From positions 70,597 through 134,596 of the forward strand of contig CAYXSW010000001.1 of assembly GCA_964467915.1 (NCBI GenBank): a stretch of DNA of 64,000 nucleotides. The letters run 5' to 3'. Below the pieces are notes generated by a model that worked only from the letters and a program-made list of their open reading frames with translations, made no database searches and was not told the origin of the DNA. Positions 8,190 through 17,728 of the stretch are shown piece by piece. The stretch comes from an uncultured Marinoscillum sp. GTDB lineage: Bacteria; Bacteroidota; Bacteroidia; Cytophagales; MED-G16. Numbering within the stretch: position 1 is the first letter of the stretch; each line of letters starts with the position of its first letter. Position numbers and translations under genes: made by a program.

Positions 8190-10949
8190 ATGTCTGAGCC
8201 AAAAAACATAATTATTAAAAAAGCCAGTGTAAATAACTTAAAAAACATATCCCTTTCTATTCCTAGAAACGAATTAATTGTTATTTCTGGTGTCTCTGGA
8301 TCAGGCAAAACATCTCTTGCTTTTGATACAATTTTTGCTGAAGGACAGAGAAAATATATAGAGAGCTTAAGCTCATATGCCCGACAGTTTTTGAAGAGAA
8401 TGGACAAACCAAATGTCGAACTGATAGAGGGCTTATCACCAGCAATCGCAGTAGATCAAAAAAGAAATAATAAAAACCCCAGATCAACAGTGGGAACACT
8501 TTCAGAGATATATGATTATTTGAAACTATTATATTTTAACATTGGAAAGACCACATCCCCTATATCTGGAAATGTTGTAAAAAAAGATACTTATGAAGAT
8601 GTATTAAAATTTATTCTTAAAAATCAAGGAAAAAAATATTTTATTTCTATAAATAAAAAGTCAACAACAGAAAATTATGTTAGAGACTTAGAGATTTTAT
8701 TGAATAAAGGTTTTACAAGGCTAATTGTAGGAGGAGAGTTTTATACTATAGAGTCTGTGCTTATCTCCAAAAAAGTATATTTGAATTTCCAAGTTCTTAT
8801 TGACAGAGGAATTGTTAGTGGGGGCGATGAGAATTTTAAATTTAAAGTAGTTGAGGTCTGTAAAGAAGCTTTCTTTGAAGGGGAGGGAAGATTGTTAGTT
8901 ACACTGCCAAAAGAGAAAAAAGAGTTTTCAAATAGATTTGAGTTAGACGGAATAAAATTTCTTGAACCATCTATTAACCTTTTTAGTTTCAATAATCCAT
9001 ACGGGGCTTGTGAGGAATGTGGTGGTTTTGGAAACGTTCTAGGTTTTGATGAAAATAAAATTATACCCAACAAAAACCTTTCTGTTCTTTCAAACTGTAT
9101 TGCCCCTTGGAGAACTGAAAAAATGAAAGCGTGGCTTAAGCCTTTAATTTCTAATAATAGAGAATATAAAGTCGATATTCACAAACCATATAACACACTT
9201 TCAGTAGAGGAGAAAAAAATAATATGGGAAGGAAAGGGTGCGTTTAAAGGGATAAATAAGTTTTTTAAATACTTAGAAAAAAAGAGTTATAAAATACAAT
9301 ACAGAATAATTGCCTCTAGATATAAAGGAAAAACAAAATGTAAGATGTGTTTTGGTTCCGGCATAAGAGAAGAGGCTAAATATGTCAAGATAAACAACAA
9401 AAGTATTTTAGACATTGTATTGAGCCCAACAGAGAAAGTTTTAAAATTTTTTAAAGAATTATTTCTAACAGCTAATGAAAAAAAACTTAGCGAAAGGCCG
9501 TTGTTGGAAATTATTACAAGGTTAAATTATATTAATGACATTGGGCTAGGCTATTTAACATTAAATAGAAAGGTTAACTCATTGTCTGGTGGTGAATTTC
9601 AAAGAATTAAGTTAGCCACATCTCTAGGGAGCTCATTAGTGGGGTCTTTATATGTTTTGGATGAGCCCACAGTAGGGCTACACCCCCATAACACTAATAA
9701 ACTCATTGAAATACTACAGTCTCTAAAAAATATAGGAAACACAGTTATAGTAGTAGAGCATGATGAGGACGTTATATTATCTTCTGATTTTTTAATTGAT
9801 ATAGGCCCAGGTGCTGGCAGTAAAGGCGGTGAGGTGATTTATGCAGGAAAAACAAACGCTGTAAGTAAATCTACAAACAGCCCCACAAGCGACTTTATTT
9901 TCAACAAAAAGAAAATAAAAAAACTAGATGTGAGAAAACATTCTAAAAAAATTACTATTTCTCAAGCCAGAGAGAACAATTTAAAAAACATAGACGTTGA
10001 TTTTCCACTTGAGTGTTTGATTGTTGTCACCGGAGTAAGTGGCTCAGGAAAATCAACTCTTGTAAAACAAATTCTCTACCCAGCAATTGCAAAAAGACTA
10101 GATAAAAAATACGAAAAAGAAGGAGATTACGATTCCTTAAAAGGAGATGTTGAAAACATTCAAAACATTGAGATGGTAGACCAAAATCCAGTGGGGAGGT
10201 CCTCTAGATCAAACCCAGCAACATACTCTAAATCATATGATGCGATAAGGAAACTTTTTGCAAATGAAGGTTTTAAGTCTGATAAATCAATTAAACCTTC
10301 AGATTTTTCTTTCAACGTTGACGGGGGTAGGTGCGATGAGTGTCTTGGAGAAGGCACAAAAAAAATTGAGATGCAATTTATGGCAGACTTGTATTTAGAG
10401 TGCAACGCCTGTAAGGGAAAAAGATTTAAAAAGAAAATACTAGATATTATATATAATGGTAAGAATATTTATGATGTGTTAGAAATGACAACAGAGGAGT
10501 CTTTTGTTTTCTTTTCATCATCAAGAGTTATTCAGAAAAAACTTAAACCCATGTTAGATGTAGGCTTAGGTTATTTAAGATTAGGTCAATCTTCCAGCAC
10601 ACTTAGCGGAGGGGAAGCACAAAGATTAAAATTAGCCGCATATCTTTCCGACGAAAAAAAGCTAAATGAAAAAACCCTTTTTATTTTTGATGAACCATCT
10701 TCTGGATTACACAATAAAGACATTTCTTACTTTATGACCTCTGTTTTTCGTTTGATAGACAACGGAAATTCAGTTATAATAATTGAGCACAACACGGAGT
10801 TGATTAAGCAAGCGGATTGGTTAATTGATTTGGGGCCAGATGGTGGAGATGGTGGGGGTATGGTGTGTTTTGAGGGAACACCACAAAGCTTAATTAAACT
10901 AAAGAACAACAAAACGGCAAAATATTTAAAGAAAGAGTTCGTTATCTGA
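8190..10949 (+). CDS. uvrA: UvrA-family excinuclease ABC subunit A (paralog-like; first zinc module cysteines absent)
   Basis: 919 aa. Two ABC ATPase modules (GVSGSGKTSLAFDTIFAEGQRKY; GVSGSGKSTL), signature LSGGEFQRIKLA / LSGGEAQRLKLA, and zinc fingers CEECGGFG and CDECLGEG...CNACKGKR. Confidence 0.85.
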   Translation: MSEPKNIIIKKASVNNLKNISLSIPRNELIVISGVSGSGKTSLAFDTIFAEGQRKYIESLSSYARQFLKRMDKPNVELIEGLSPAIAVDQKRNNKNPRSTVGTLSEIYDYLKLLYFNIGKTTSPISGNVVKKDTYEDVLKFILKNQGKKYFISINKKSTTENYVRDLEILLNKGFTRLIVGGEFYTIESVLISKKVYLNFQVLIDRGIVSGGDENFKFKVVEVCKEAFFEGEGRLLVTLPKEKKEFSNRFELDGIKFLEPSINLFSFNNPYGACEECGGFGNVLGFDENKIIPNKNLSVLSNCIAPWRTEKMKAWLKPLISNNREYKVDIHKPYNTLSVEEKKIIWEGKGAFKGINKFFKYLEKKSYKIQYRIIASRYKGKTKCKMCFGSGIREEAKYVKINNKSILDIVLSPTEKVLKFFKELFLTANEKKLSERPLLEIITRLNYINDIGLGYLTLNRKVNSLSGGEFQRIKLATSLGSSLVGSLYVLDEPTVGLHPHNTNKLIEILQSLKNIGNTVIVVEHDEDVILSSDFLIDIGPGAGSKGGEVIYAGKTNAVSKSTNSPTSDFIFNKKKIKKLDVRKHSKKITISQARENNLKNIDVDFPLECLIVVTGVSGSGKSTLVKQILYPAIAKRLDKKYEKEGDYDSLKGDVENIQNIEMVDQNPVGRSSRSNPATYSKSYDAIRKLFANEGFKSDKSIKPSDFSFNVDGGRCDECLGEGTKKIEMQFMADLYLECNACKGKRFKKKILDIIYNGKNIYDVLEMTTEESFVFFSSSRVIQKKLKPMLDVGLGYLRLGQSSSTLSGGEAQRLKLAAYLSDEKKLNEKTLFIFDEPSSGLHNKDISYFMTSVFRLIDNGNSVIIIEHNTELIKQADWLIDLGPDGGDGGGMVCFEGTPQSLIKLKNNKTAKYLKKEFVI

Positions 10950-10976
10950 TTTTCATAACCAATTAAATATTTAAAT

Positions 10977-10984
10977 TAATTTTG
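10977..10984 (+). promoter_or_regulatory. Candidate Bacteroidota -7 promoter box TAATTTTG upstream of tpiA
   Basis: Exact match to TAnnTTTG, 19 nt upstream of the tpiA ATG, within the 54-nt intergenic gap. No clear -33 element seen. Confidence 0.3.
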
Positions 10985-11003
10985 TTATACAAATAATAAT
11001 AGA

Positions 11004-11768
11004 ATGGCACAAAAAATAATTGCAGCAAACTGGAAAATGAATAACGACGAGTATTCCTCAAAAAAATTAACATATGAGTTTTTAAAATTATTAAACATAA
11101 ATAATAACCCAGAAATATTAAAAATTTTATGTGTCCCACATCCGTTTTTATTGTCTATTGACAACATGTGTGCTGGCGCAGAATCAGTTTTTGTTGGTGC
11201 CCAAAATTGCAGTTCTTTTGAACAAGGCGCTTTCACTGGAGAGGTTTCTGCGTTAATGTTAAAAAGTCTTGGTGTTAAATATGTAATCATTGGTCATAGT
11301 GAACGAAGAGAGTTGTTCTCTGAAAAGAATGAAGAGTTGTTAAATAAAGTTTTACAATCTGTTGAAAAAAACATTTCTCCAATTTTTTGTTGTGGTGAAC
11401 CTCTGTCAATAAGGAACACAAACAACCACATAGAGTATGTCATAAATCAACTCGAGGAGACAGTTTTAAAGTTAAATAAAGAAAATTTTCAAAAACTTAT
11501 AATAGCTTATGAGCCAATTTGGGCAATTGGTTCAGGAAAGACAGCGTTTAATGAAGACATTAAAGAAATGCATATTGCTATTCGAAAGCGAATTAAACAA
11601 AAATACGGATCTTCTGTCTCAAGAAAAACAAGCATACTTTATGGAGGAAGCGTTAAGACTATTAACGCAAAAGAAATTTTTGATATAGAAGACGTTGATG
11701 GGGGCCTTATAGGGGGAGCTTCTCTTAAAGCTCAAGAATTTATTGATATTGTTAACTCAATAAGTTGA
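11004..11768 (+). CDS. tpiA: Triosephosphate isomerase
   Basis: AANWKMN, IIGHSERR, AYEPIWAIGSGKTA and YGGSV motifs. Confidence 0.95.
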   Translation: MAQKIIAANWKMNNDEYSSKKLTYEFLKLLNINNNPEILKILCVPHPFLLSIDNMCAGAESVFVGAQNCSSFEQGAFTGEVSALMLKSLGVKYVIIGHSERRELFSEKNEELLNKVLQSVEKNISPIFCCGEPLSIRNTNNHIEYVINQLEETVLKLNKENFQKLIIAYEPIWAIGSGKTAFNEDIKEMHIAIRKRIKQKYGSSVSRKTSILYGGSVKTINAKEIFDIEDVDGGLIGGASLKAQEFIDIVNSIS

Positions 11769-14700
11769 ATGTTATGAATAAAGGTCAAGCACAAATTAAA
11801 ATAACTTTTAGCCTGATCTTTCTGTTTTCTTGTTTTGTTTCTTTTCCTCAGTCAAAAATCAATTATTCTGTTGATCAATTTAACAATCAAATCAAATCAG
11901 ATTTTAAACTTTTAGGAATTGAGAGCTCTGAAGCACAAATACTAGCTAATACCCTAAACAATTGGAAACAAAATTTTTCTGATGAAGAAAAAACAACTTT
12001 TATTGAAATACTTAATTTTTTATCTTCCTCTAACACTAAAAATTACTTAGACTTTCTTTATTATTCAGATTGGATTATAAATAATTTAGACACCAAATCA
12101 TCATTAGAAGATGTGTTTCTCTATCATTATTATTTTATTTATTCTTCAGATAACCCCACTCAATATTTCCAGTTGTTATGGGAAAAAATAAAAAACAAAT
12201 ACTTTGTTAAAAAGGCTTCTCACACAATACACTATGAGTCGAATTTCACGGTTAGTATAGAGAACTTCTCAAGTTATAATATTTACACAGAAGAGGGTAA
12301 TGATTTGGGCGTTTTGACTTTTAATTTTTATAACTCTGACATTACCTTTAATACATCTGTTGAAAACTTTAAAATTACAAACACAAACTTTAAATTTTAT
12401 CCAGATTTTAATGTTGTAGAGGGAAATAATGGTTTAATTTCATCTTTCATCAATAATGAAAACCTTGAACAGGTTGAATTTTTATTAAGTCGCTTTAATA
12501 TTGATCTTGAAAAAGGGAAAATAGTATCTAATGAGACAAAGTTTAATTCAAAAAAATTCAAAAATATTTTAGGTGGATTTGACTACTTGCCCTCACAAAA
12601 TCTAGGAGGACCCAACAATAAGTTTTCATTTATTTCAAATGAATCCAACATAGATTTTACATTTCAAAATAACATTCGTCTTAAAATGGGATTGGCGCTT
12701 GATGGAGATTACTTAATAACGAAATCTCTTGCCGACGAAGGGTCTGAAATTATATTTAGACTAGATCACGATAAAAACATAATTATATACAGTGAGTCTT
12801 TTAAATTAGACAAAACCACAATTTCATCTCCTTCATCTTATTTTAAAATTACTAATAAGTCTGATTCTTTATACCACCCCCTGGTAGAGTTCAGTTACGA
12901 TAAAATCACAAATATAATTGAAGTCTTAAATTTAGAAGGACCTCTTAAAAACACGCCTTTTTATTCATCATATTTTGATATTGAATTTGACCCTGATTTT
13001 TTACGCTATCATTTAGAAAGTGATAAAGTTGAATTTGGAATGATTGTAGCGCCCAATCAACGTCCAGTCAATGTTTTTTCAACCCAATATTACTCCAATA
13101 ATAAGCTAAATGAGATGACGGACCTTAATGGAATAAATATTTTAAAAGCCACCTATACTTACTTTTCTAAAGTGAAGCGAAAAGATTTTTATTTAACAGA
13201 CTTAGCTTACTTTTTTAAAACAAAACCAACACTTATAGAAGGGGGAATAATTAGCCTTTGGAGAAATGGCTTTATCACTTACGACCGCTCAATTGGTTTG
13301 ATTAAAATATTACCTAAACTTAGGCATTATTATTTCTCACACCTTAAAAGATCAGATTTCGATGAATTTAACTTTACTTCTTTATCTCCAAGTTCTGATA
13401 ATTTAATTTATAACCTATCTAATAACTCAATGCACTTTGTTGGTGTAGAAAGCATCACAATAAGTAAAAAAAACAATATTATAGTCTATCCAAAAAACGG
13501 AAAGGTTGAATTAAATAAAAACAGATCCGTAAAACTTATAGGAGACATTTCAGTTGGAAATTTTGATTTTAATGGTGTAAAAGTCCATTTTGATTATGAC
13601 TCTTATCTTCTAGATTTAATCGAAATCGACACCCTAAAGATGATGACTAAAAATAACTCAAAAGATAGTTATAACTATCTTTTTAACATAGGCGGTGATT
13701 TATTTATTAATCATCCTAAAAATAAATCTTCAAGAAGACAGCTCCCCAGGTTTCCCTCTTTTATTTCTAAAAAAAGCACAAAGGTTTATTTTGATCTTCC
13801 ACAAGAGTATGGTGAAGAATATGACAGCACTTTTTATTTTTCAATTGATCAGTTTCGAATCGATAGTTTAGATAAATCTAGTTTGCCAAAATTTGAATTT
13901 CCAGGCACATTTTATTCGAACAATATTTTTGATCCTATAGAAACAAACCTTATTACAATGCCAGATAACTCTTTAGGCTTCAACATGAAACTTGAAGAAA
14001 AAGGCATACCAGCATATAAAAAGAAAATTAATGTTTACAATAACCTGTTAATGGACTCTACTGGGCTGTACATGTCTGGAAATATTAAATACAAAACCAC
14101 GATGTTATTTTCTGATAGAATAAGATTGTTTCCAGATTCACTAACAGGAGGTTTAGATAAAGGGTTTGTTTATAAGGGCTCTCATAAAAACGAAAAGTTT
14201 AATTATCCTCCGATGGAACTTTCAGATTTAGATTTTACATATTATAATCTTAATAATGATTATGTCTACCTAAATTATGATTCTACAGATAACTCTAAGG
14301 CTTATGTATATGATAAAAATGTAGAGGTCTTTGGAGATATAATTATATCCCCAAAAAAGGTTACTTCAGAAGGGGAAATAAGAACAAATAATTCACAATT
14401 TGTTTCTGATAATTTTTCGTTTAGTGATGAATTATTGATCTCTGAGAACACAGACGTAATACTCTTACACAACAAACACAAATCAGGACTTTTAAACGCT
14501 GAAGGTGTATTTTTTAAATTTGATATTATGGCGAATGAGATGGAATTCAGATCAAGCTTTTTTGATGAGAATAATTTTCTGTTGCCTCATTATAAAGTAA
14601 GCTCCTCTTTGTCTTATGCCAACTGGCTAATCAATGACAATAAAATTTATTTAAGTGCTGAAATTGATGAGAACCACTATTTTTATCCCCTTAGTGAAAA

Positions 14701-16285
14701 GTTTAGCAACTGGAGTTTTAAAGCCACTAACGCTTCAATAGATTTAAATTCTGCTAAATTAATCATTCAAGGTATCCCTGAGTTACAGGTTGCTGATGCT
14801 TACATAATTCCAAAAAAAGGATCTATTTTAGTAAGTGAAGAATTTAATATATTTCCCCTAGTAGAGGCAGATTTGATTTTAGACACTATTAACGAATATC
14901 ATAAGTTTACTGATTCGAATATAATTATTGAGTCTAAAAATAAATTTGAAGGACAAGGTATTTATGAGTACGTAAATTTTAACAATGACACTTTTAATTT
15001 GCCTTTTTCTGAGTTCAAATTAAAATCACTTGACCACGGAGAGATGTCTTCTTTTTCGATGGGAATTGTAGAAGAATCTTCTCCTATTCTTATGGAGCCG
15101 GGCTTTAACTTTTATGGTAAAATAGAACTTATAGCTAACAATGAACAATTACTTTTTAAAGGAAACATTATTCCGTCGGAAATTAAGGAGTTTAGAATTG
15201 AAAACGCCATTCCTTATGATGGGTATTTTTCTCCAGGCGATGAACTTACCTTAAATATTTCTGATGGTGATGGCTTTTACAATGCTGCCATATCAAAAAA
15301 TTCTAACCAGTTGTTTTTTGACTTTTTTAATAACCCAGTTAGCAAAGGCAGCTTGGTCTTTTTTAACCCTTCTGGAAAACTTTCTTATGATTCCTTTACC
15401 GGTGAATACCTTATAGAGACTTTAAATAAAAGAAATCAAGACGTTTATAATGGTAACTCATTATTATATAACCCTAATAAAAATGAAGTAGCCTTCGAAG
15501 GAAAAGTTAAAATGATTGATAATGACAATAATTTTAGAATGTTTTCTTCTATGTCCGCTAAATCATTTGTGGATTCAATGAATGTTAATTCTGATTTGTT
15601 TTTGATTGTAGATATAAATTTAAAGAGATCAATAGTAGACGAGTTAGGATTTGCTTTTAACGATATTATAGAAACATACGGGGCCCCAATAGCTCATGAC
15701 AATGAAGAGGATGTTTTAATGAGGCTCTCAGATATAATTGGACACCAAAAAACTGTAGCGTATGAGAATATAATATTAAGTGAATACCAGTCTTTAACTG
15801 AATCAGAGGCTTTATTGAATAGCACCTTTGTTTTCCCTAACACAAACTTCAGCTGGTCTCAAAAGAATAATTCTTGGCATAATACGTCGATAGTTAACCT
15901 TTCAAATATAGGCTCTAGAGATGTGAATGCATCTATAGACGGTTTTATAGAAATAAAATATTTAAGTGATTATGAGTATGTATTTAGCCTTTTTTTACAA
16001 CCCGCGCCCGAGTTCTGGGTTTACATGAGTTATGATGGGAACTCCCTTAAAACCTTTTCTTCCAACGAAAGATATAATTCAGAAATGATATCAGCCTCTG
16101 GATCAAAAGATAAATTTATATCTGTTAATGTTGTTGATGAAAATCATATTTTAGAGTACATAAACTCTTTTAGGCTAAGATATTTTGGAATTGAGGAGCC
16201 ATATGATTTGATGTCTCCTTCAGATACGTTTTTAGAAGATGAAATTTTCAAAACCGTTACTGATGATGAAGATGATGGCTTTTAA
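11765..16285 (+). CDS. Very large (about 1500 aa) secreted protein of unknown function
   Basis: Uninterrupted 4.5-kb ORF with an N-terminal signal-like segment (ITFSLIFLFSCFVSFPQS). Asn/Phe/Tyr/Ser-rich composition suggests beta-rich structure. Acidic tail ...TDDEDDGF. No domain I can recognise. The start is either TTG 11765 (overlapping the tpiA stop) or ATG 11774. Confidence 0.8.
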   Translation: MNVMNKGQAQIKITFSLIFLFSCFVSFPQSKINYSVDQFNNQIKSDFKLLGIESSEAQILANTLNNWKQNFSDEEKTTFIEILNFLSSSNTKNYLDFLYYSDWIINNLDTKSSLEDVFLYHYYFIYSSDNPTQYFQLLWEKIKNKYFVKKASHTIHYESNFTVSIENFSSYNIYTEEGNDLGVLTFNFYNSDITFNTSVENFKITNTNFKFYPDFNVVEGNNGLISSFINNENLEQVEFLLSRFNIDLEKGKIVSNETKFNSKKFKNILGGFDYLPSQNLGGPNNKFSFISNESNIDFTFQNNIRLKMGLALDGDYLITKSLADEGSEIIFRLDHDKNIIIYSESFKLDKTTISSPSSYFKITNKSDSLYHPLVEFSYDKITNIIEVLNLEGPLKNTPFYSSYFDIEFDPDFLRYHLESDKVEFGMIVAPNQRPVNVFSTQYYSNNKLNEMTDLNGINILKATYTYFSKVKRKDFYLTDLAYFFKTKPTLIEGGIISLWRNGFITYDRSIGLIKILPKLRHYYFSHLKRSDFDEFNFTSLSPSSDNLIYNLSNNSMHFVGVESITISKKNNIIVYPKNGKVELNKNRSVKLIGDISVGNFDFNGVKVHFDYDSYLLDLIEIDTLKMMTKNNSKDSYNYLFNIGGDLFINHPKNKSSRRQLPRFPSFISKKSTKVYFDLPQEYGEEYDSTFYFSIDQFRIDSLDKSSLPKFEFPGTFYSNNIFDPIETNLITMPDNSLGFNMKLEEKGIPAYKKKINVYNNLLMDSTGLYMSGNIKYKTTMLFSDRIRLFPDSLTGGLDKGFVYKGSHKNEKFNYPPMELSDLDFTYYNLNNDYVYLNYDSTDNSKAYVYDKNVEVFGDIIISPKKVTSEGEIRTNNSQFVSDNFSFSDELLISENTDVILLHNKHKSGLLNAEGVFFKFDIMANEMEFRSSFFDENNFLLPHYKVSSSLSYANWLINDNKIYLSAEIDENHYFYPLSEKFSNWSFKATNASIDLNSAKLIIQGIPELQVADAYIIPKKGSILVSEEFNIFPLVEADLILDTINEYHKFTDSNIIIESKNKFEGQGIYEYVNFNNDTFNLPFSEFKLKSLDHGEMSSFSMGIVEESSPILMEPGFNFYGKIELIANNEQLLFKGNIIPSEIKEFRIENAIPYDGYFSPGDELTLNISDGDGFYNAAISKNSNQLFFDFFNNPVSKGSLVFFNPSGKLSYDSFTGEYLIETLNKRNQDVYNGNSLLYNPNKNEVAFEGKVKMIDNDNNFRMFSSMSAKSFVDSMNVNSDLFLIVDINLKRSIVDELGFAFNDIIETYGAPIAHDNEEDVLMRLSDIIGHQKTVAYENIILSEYQSLTESEALLNSTFVFPNTNFSWSQKNNSWHNTSIVNLSNIGSRDVNASIDGFIEIKYLSDYEYVFSLFLQPAPEFWVYMSYDGNSLKTFSSNERYNSEMISASGSKDKFISVNVVDENHILEYINSFRLRYFGIEEPYDLMSPSDTFLEDEIFKTVTDDEDDGF

Positions 16286-16349
16286 TTTATGTTGATTTTT
16301 TTTAACAAATTTTAGTTGTTCATATCTCTGGCTAAATCGTATATATGAT

Positions 16350-16357
16350 TAAATTTG
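16350..16357 (+). promoter_or_regulatory. Candidate -7 promoter box TAAATTTG, 6 nt upstream of the M20 peptidase ATG
   Basis: Exact TAnnTTTG match in the 78-nt gap after the giant ORF. Its proximity to ATG 16364 implies a leaderless or near-leaderless transcript. Confidence 0.35.
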
Positions 16358-16363
16358 CTCCTT

Positions 16364-17728
16364 ATGATAAATAAATATATTAAAAATAATAAAGACAGAT
16401 TCTTAGATGAACTTTTTGAACTTTTAAGAATTGAGTCAGTTAGTGCAGACTCAAAATTTAAAAAAGAAGTTGATAAGGCCGCAGAATGGTTAGTTCATTC
16501 TTTTACCAAACTAAACCTTGATAATGTAGAAAAAATCACAACAAAAGGTCATCCAATAGTTTTTGCTGAAAAAATATTAGACACCTCTTATCCAACCATT
16601 TTAGTTTATGGTCATTACGATGTTCAGCCTGCTGATCCTTATGACTTGTGGAACACCCCTCCTTTTGAGCCTACTATAAAAAACGAAAAAATTTATGCTA
16701 GGGGTGCTTGTGACGACAAGGGACAAATGTATATGCACCTTAAAGCTTATGAGGCTTTACAAGAAACGGCTGAAATAAATTTTAATATCAAATTTATGAT
16801 AGAGGGAGAAGAAGAGTGTGGTTCAGGCAGCCTTGAAGAGTTCGTTTCATCTAACAAAGAAAAATTATCCGCAGATGTGATTGTTATTTCTGATACTAGT
16901 ATAATTAATAACAATAACCCTTCAATTACAGTAGGACTTAGAGGGCTTTCTTATATGGAAGTAGAACTAACTGGTCCTAATAGAGATTTACACTCTGGAA
17001 CTTATGGTGGGGCTGTAAATAACCCAATTAATCAATTATGTGAAATAATTGCATCTCTAAAAGATAAAAATGGTAAAATCCAAATTCCTGGTTTTTATGA
17101 TGATGTTATAGCTTATGAAGACAACAAAAGAGATGAAATTAATAATGTGCCATTTGATTTATCAGAATTTAAATCTCACATTGAAATTGGAGATACTTTT
17201 GGTGAGAAAGGGTATTCTACTATTGAAAGAATTGGAACTCGGCCAACACTAGACGTAAATGGGATTTGGGGTGGATATACTAATGAAGGAGCAAAAACAG
17301 TGTTGCCATCTAAAGCTTATGCTAAAATTTCAATGAGATTGGTTTCTAATCAATCAAGCTCTAAGATATCAAGACTATTTACGGATCATTTAAATAAGGT
17401 TTGTCCTAAATCTTGTAAAGTTAAAGTAACTGAACATCATGGTGGAGAGCCGTGTGTTGTTAACACAGACACCAAAGGATATAGGTCTGCATATAAAGCG
17501 TTTCAACAGGTTTGGAAAAAAGACCCTGTGCCAACTTTTGATGGTGGAAGCATTCCAATTGTTGCCCTTTTTAAAAAAGAACTAGGTTTGGATTCAATAT
17601 TGATGGGTTTTGGATTAGATGAAGATGCTATACATTCTCCCAACGAGTCTTATGGTTTGTATAACTTTTATAAAGGTATAGAAACGATAACGTGTTTCTA
17701 TCAGAATTTTGCTGCTGATGAAAAATAG
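16364..17728 (+). CDS. M20-family dipeptidase / metallopeptidase
   Basis: VYGHYDVQPADP...W.TPPFEP, ARGACDDKGQ and MIEGEEECGS motifs of the M20/M25/M40 family. Start moved to ATG 16364 (the track start at 16355 is TTG). Confidence 0.85.
   Translation: MINKYIKNNKDRFLDELFELLRIESVSADSKFKKEVDKAAEWLVHSFTKLNLDNVEKITTKGHPIVFAEKILDTSYPTILVYGHYDVQPADPYDLWNTPPFEPTIKNEKIYARGACDDKGQMYMHLKAYEALQETAEINFNIKFMIEGEEECGSGSLEEFVSSNKEKLSADVIVISDTSIINNNNPSITVGLRGLSYMEVELTGPNRDLHSGTYGGAVNNPINQLCEIIASLKDKNGKIQIPGFYDDVIAYEDNKRDEINNVPFDLSEFKSHIEIGDTFGEKGYSTIERIGTRPTLDVNGIWGGYTNEGAKTVLPSKAYAKISMRLVSNQSSSKISRLFTDHLNKVCPKSCKVKVTEHHGGEPCVVNTDTKGYRSAYKAFQQVWKKDPVPTFDGGSIPIVALFKKELGLDSILMGFGLDEDAIHSPNESYGLYNFYKGIETITCFYQNFAADEK

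Noticed and set aside
8741-9073. Long antisense ORFs inside conserved genes, up to 110 aa. Examples are 8741-9073 inside uvrA, 30701-31033 inside gdh, 38934-39248 and 39447-39769 inside guaB, 26100-26369 inside the TIM-barrel gene, and 1040-1663 inside gldE.
   Set aside because: They lie entirely within well-supported genes on the opposite strand, have low-complexity or odd composition and no recognisable motifs. They occur where the sense gene is GC-richer, so stop codons are rarer in the antisense frames. Treated as spurious.
16240-16285. The acidic C-terminal tail of the 1506-aa protein (DDEDDGF) resembles the SSB C-terminal interaction tail (here EDDLPF) and also the terminal Phe of outer-membrane beta-barrels.
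   Set aside because: The protein has a secretion signal, so an SSB-tail-like cytoplasmic interaction makes no sense. The preceding residues lack the alternating hydrophobic pattern of an OMP beta-signal. Probably coincidence.
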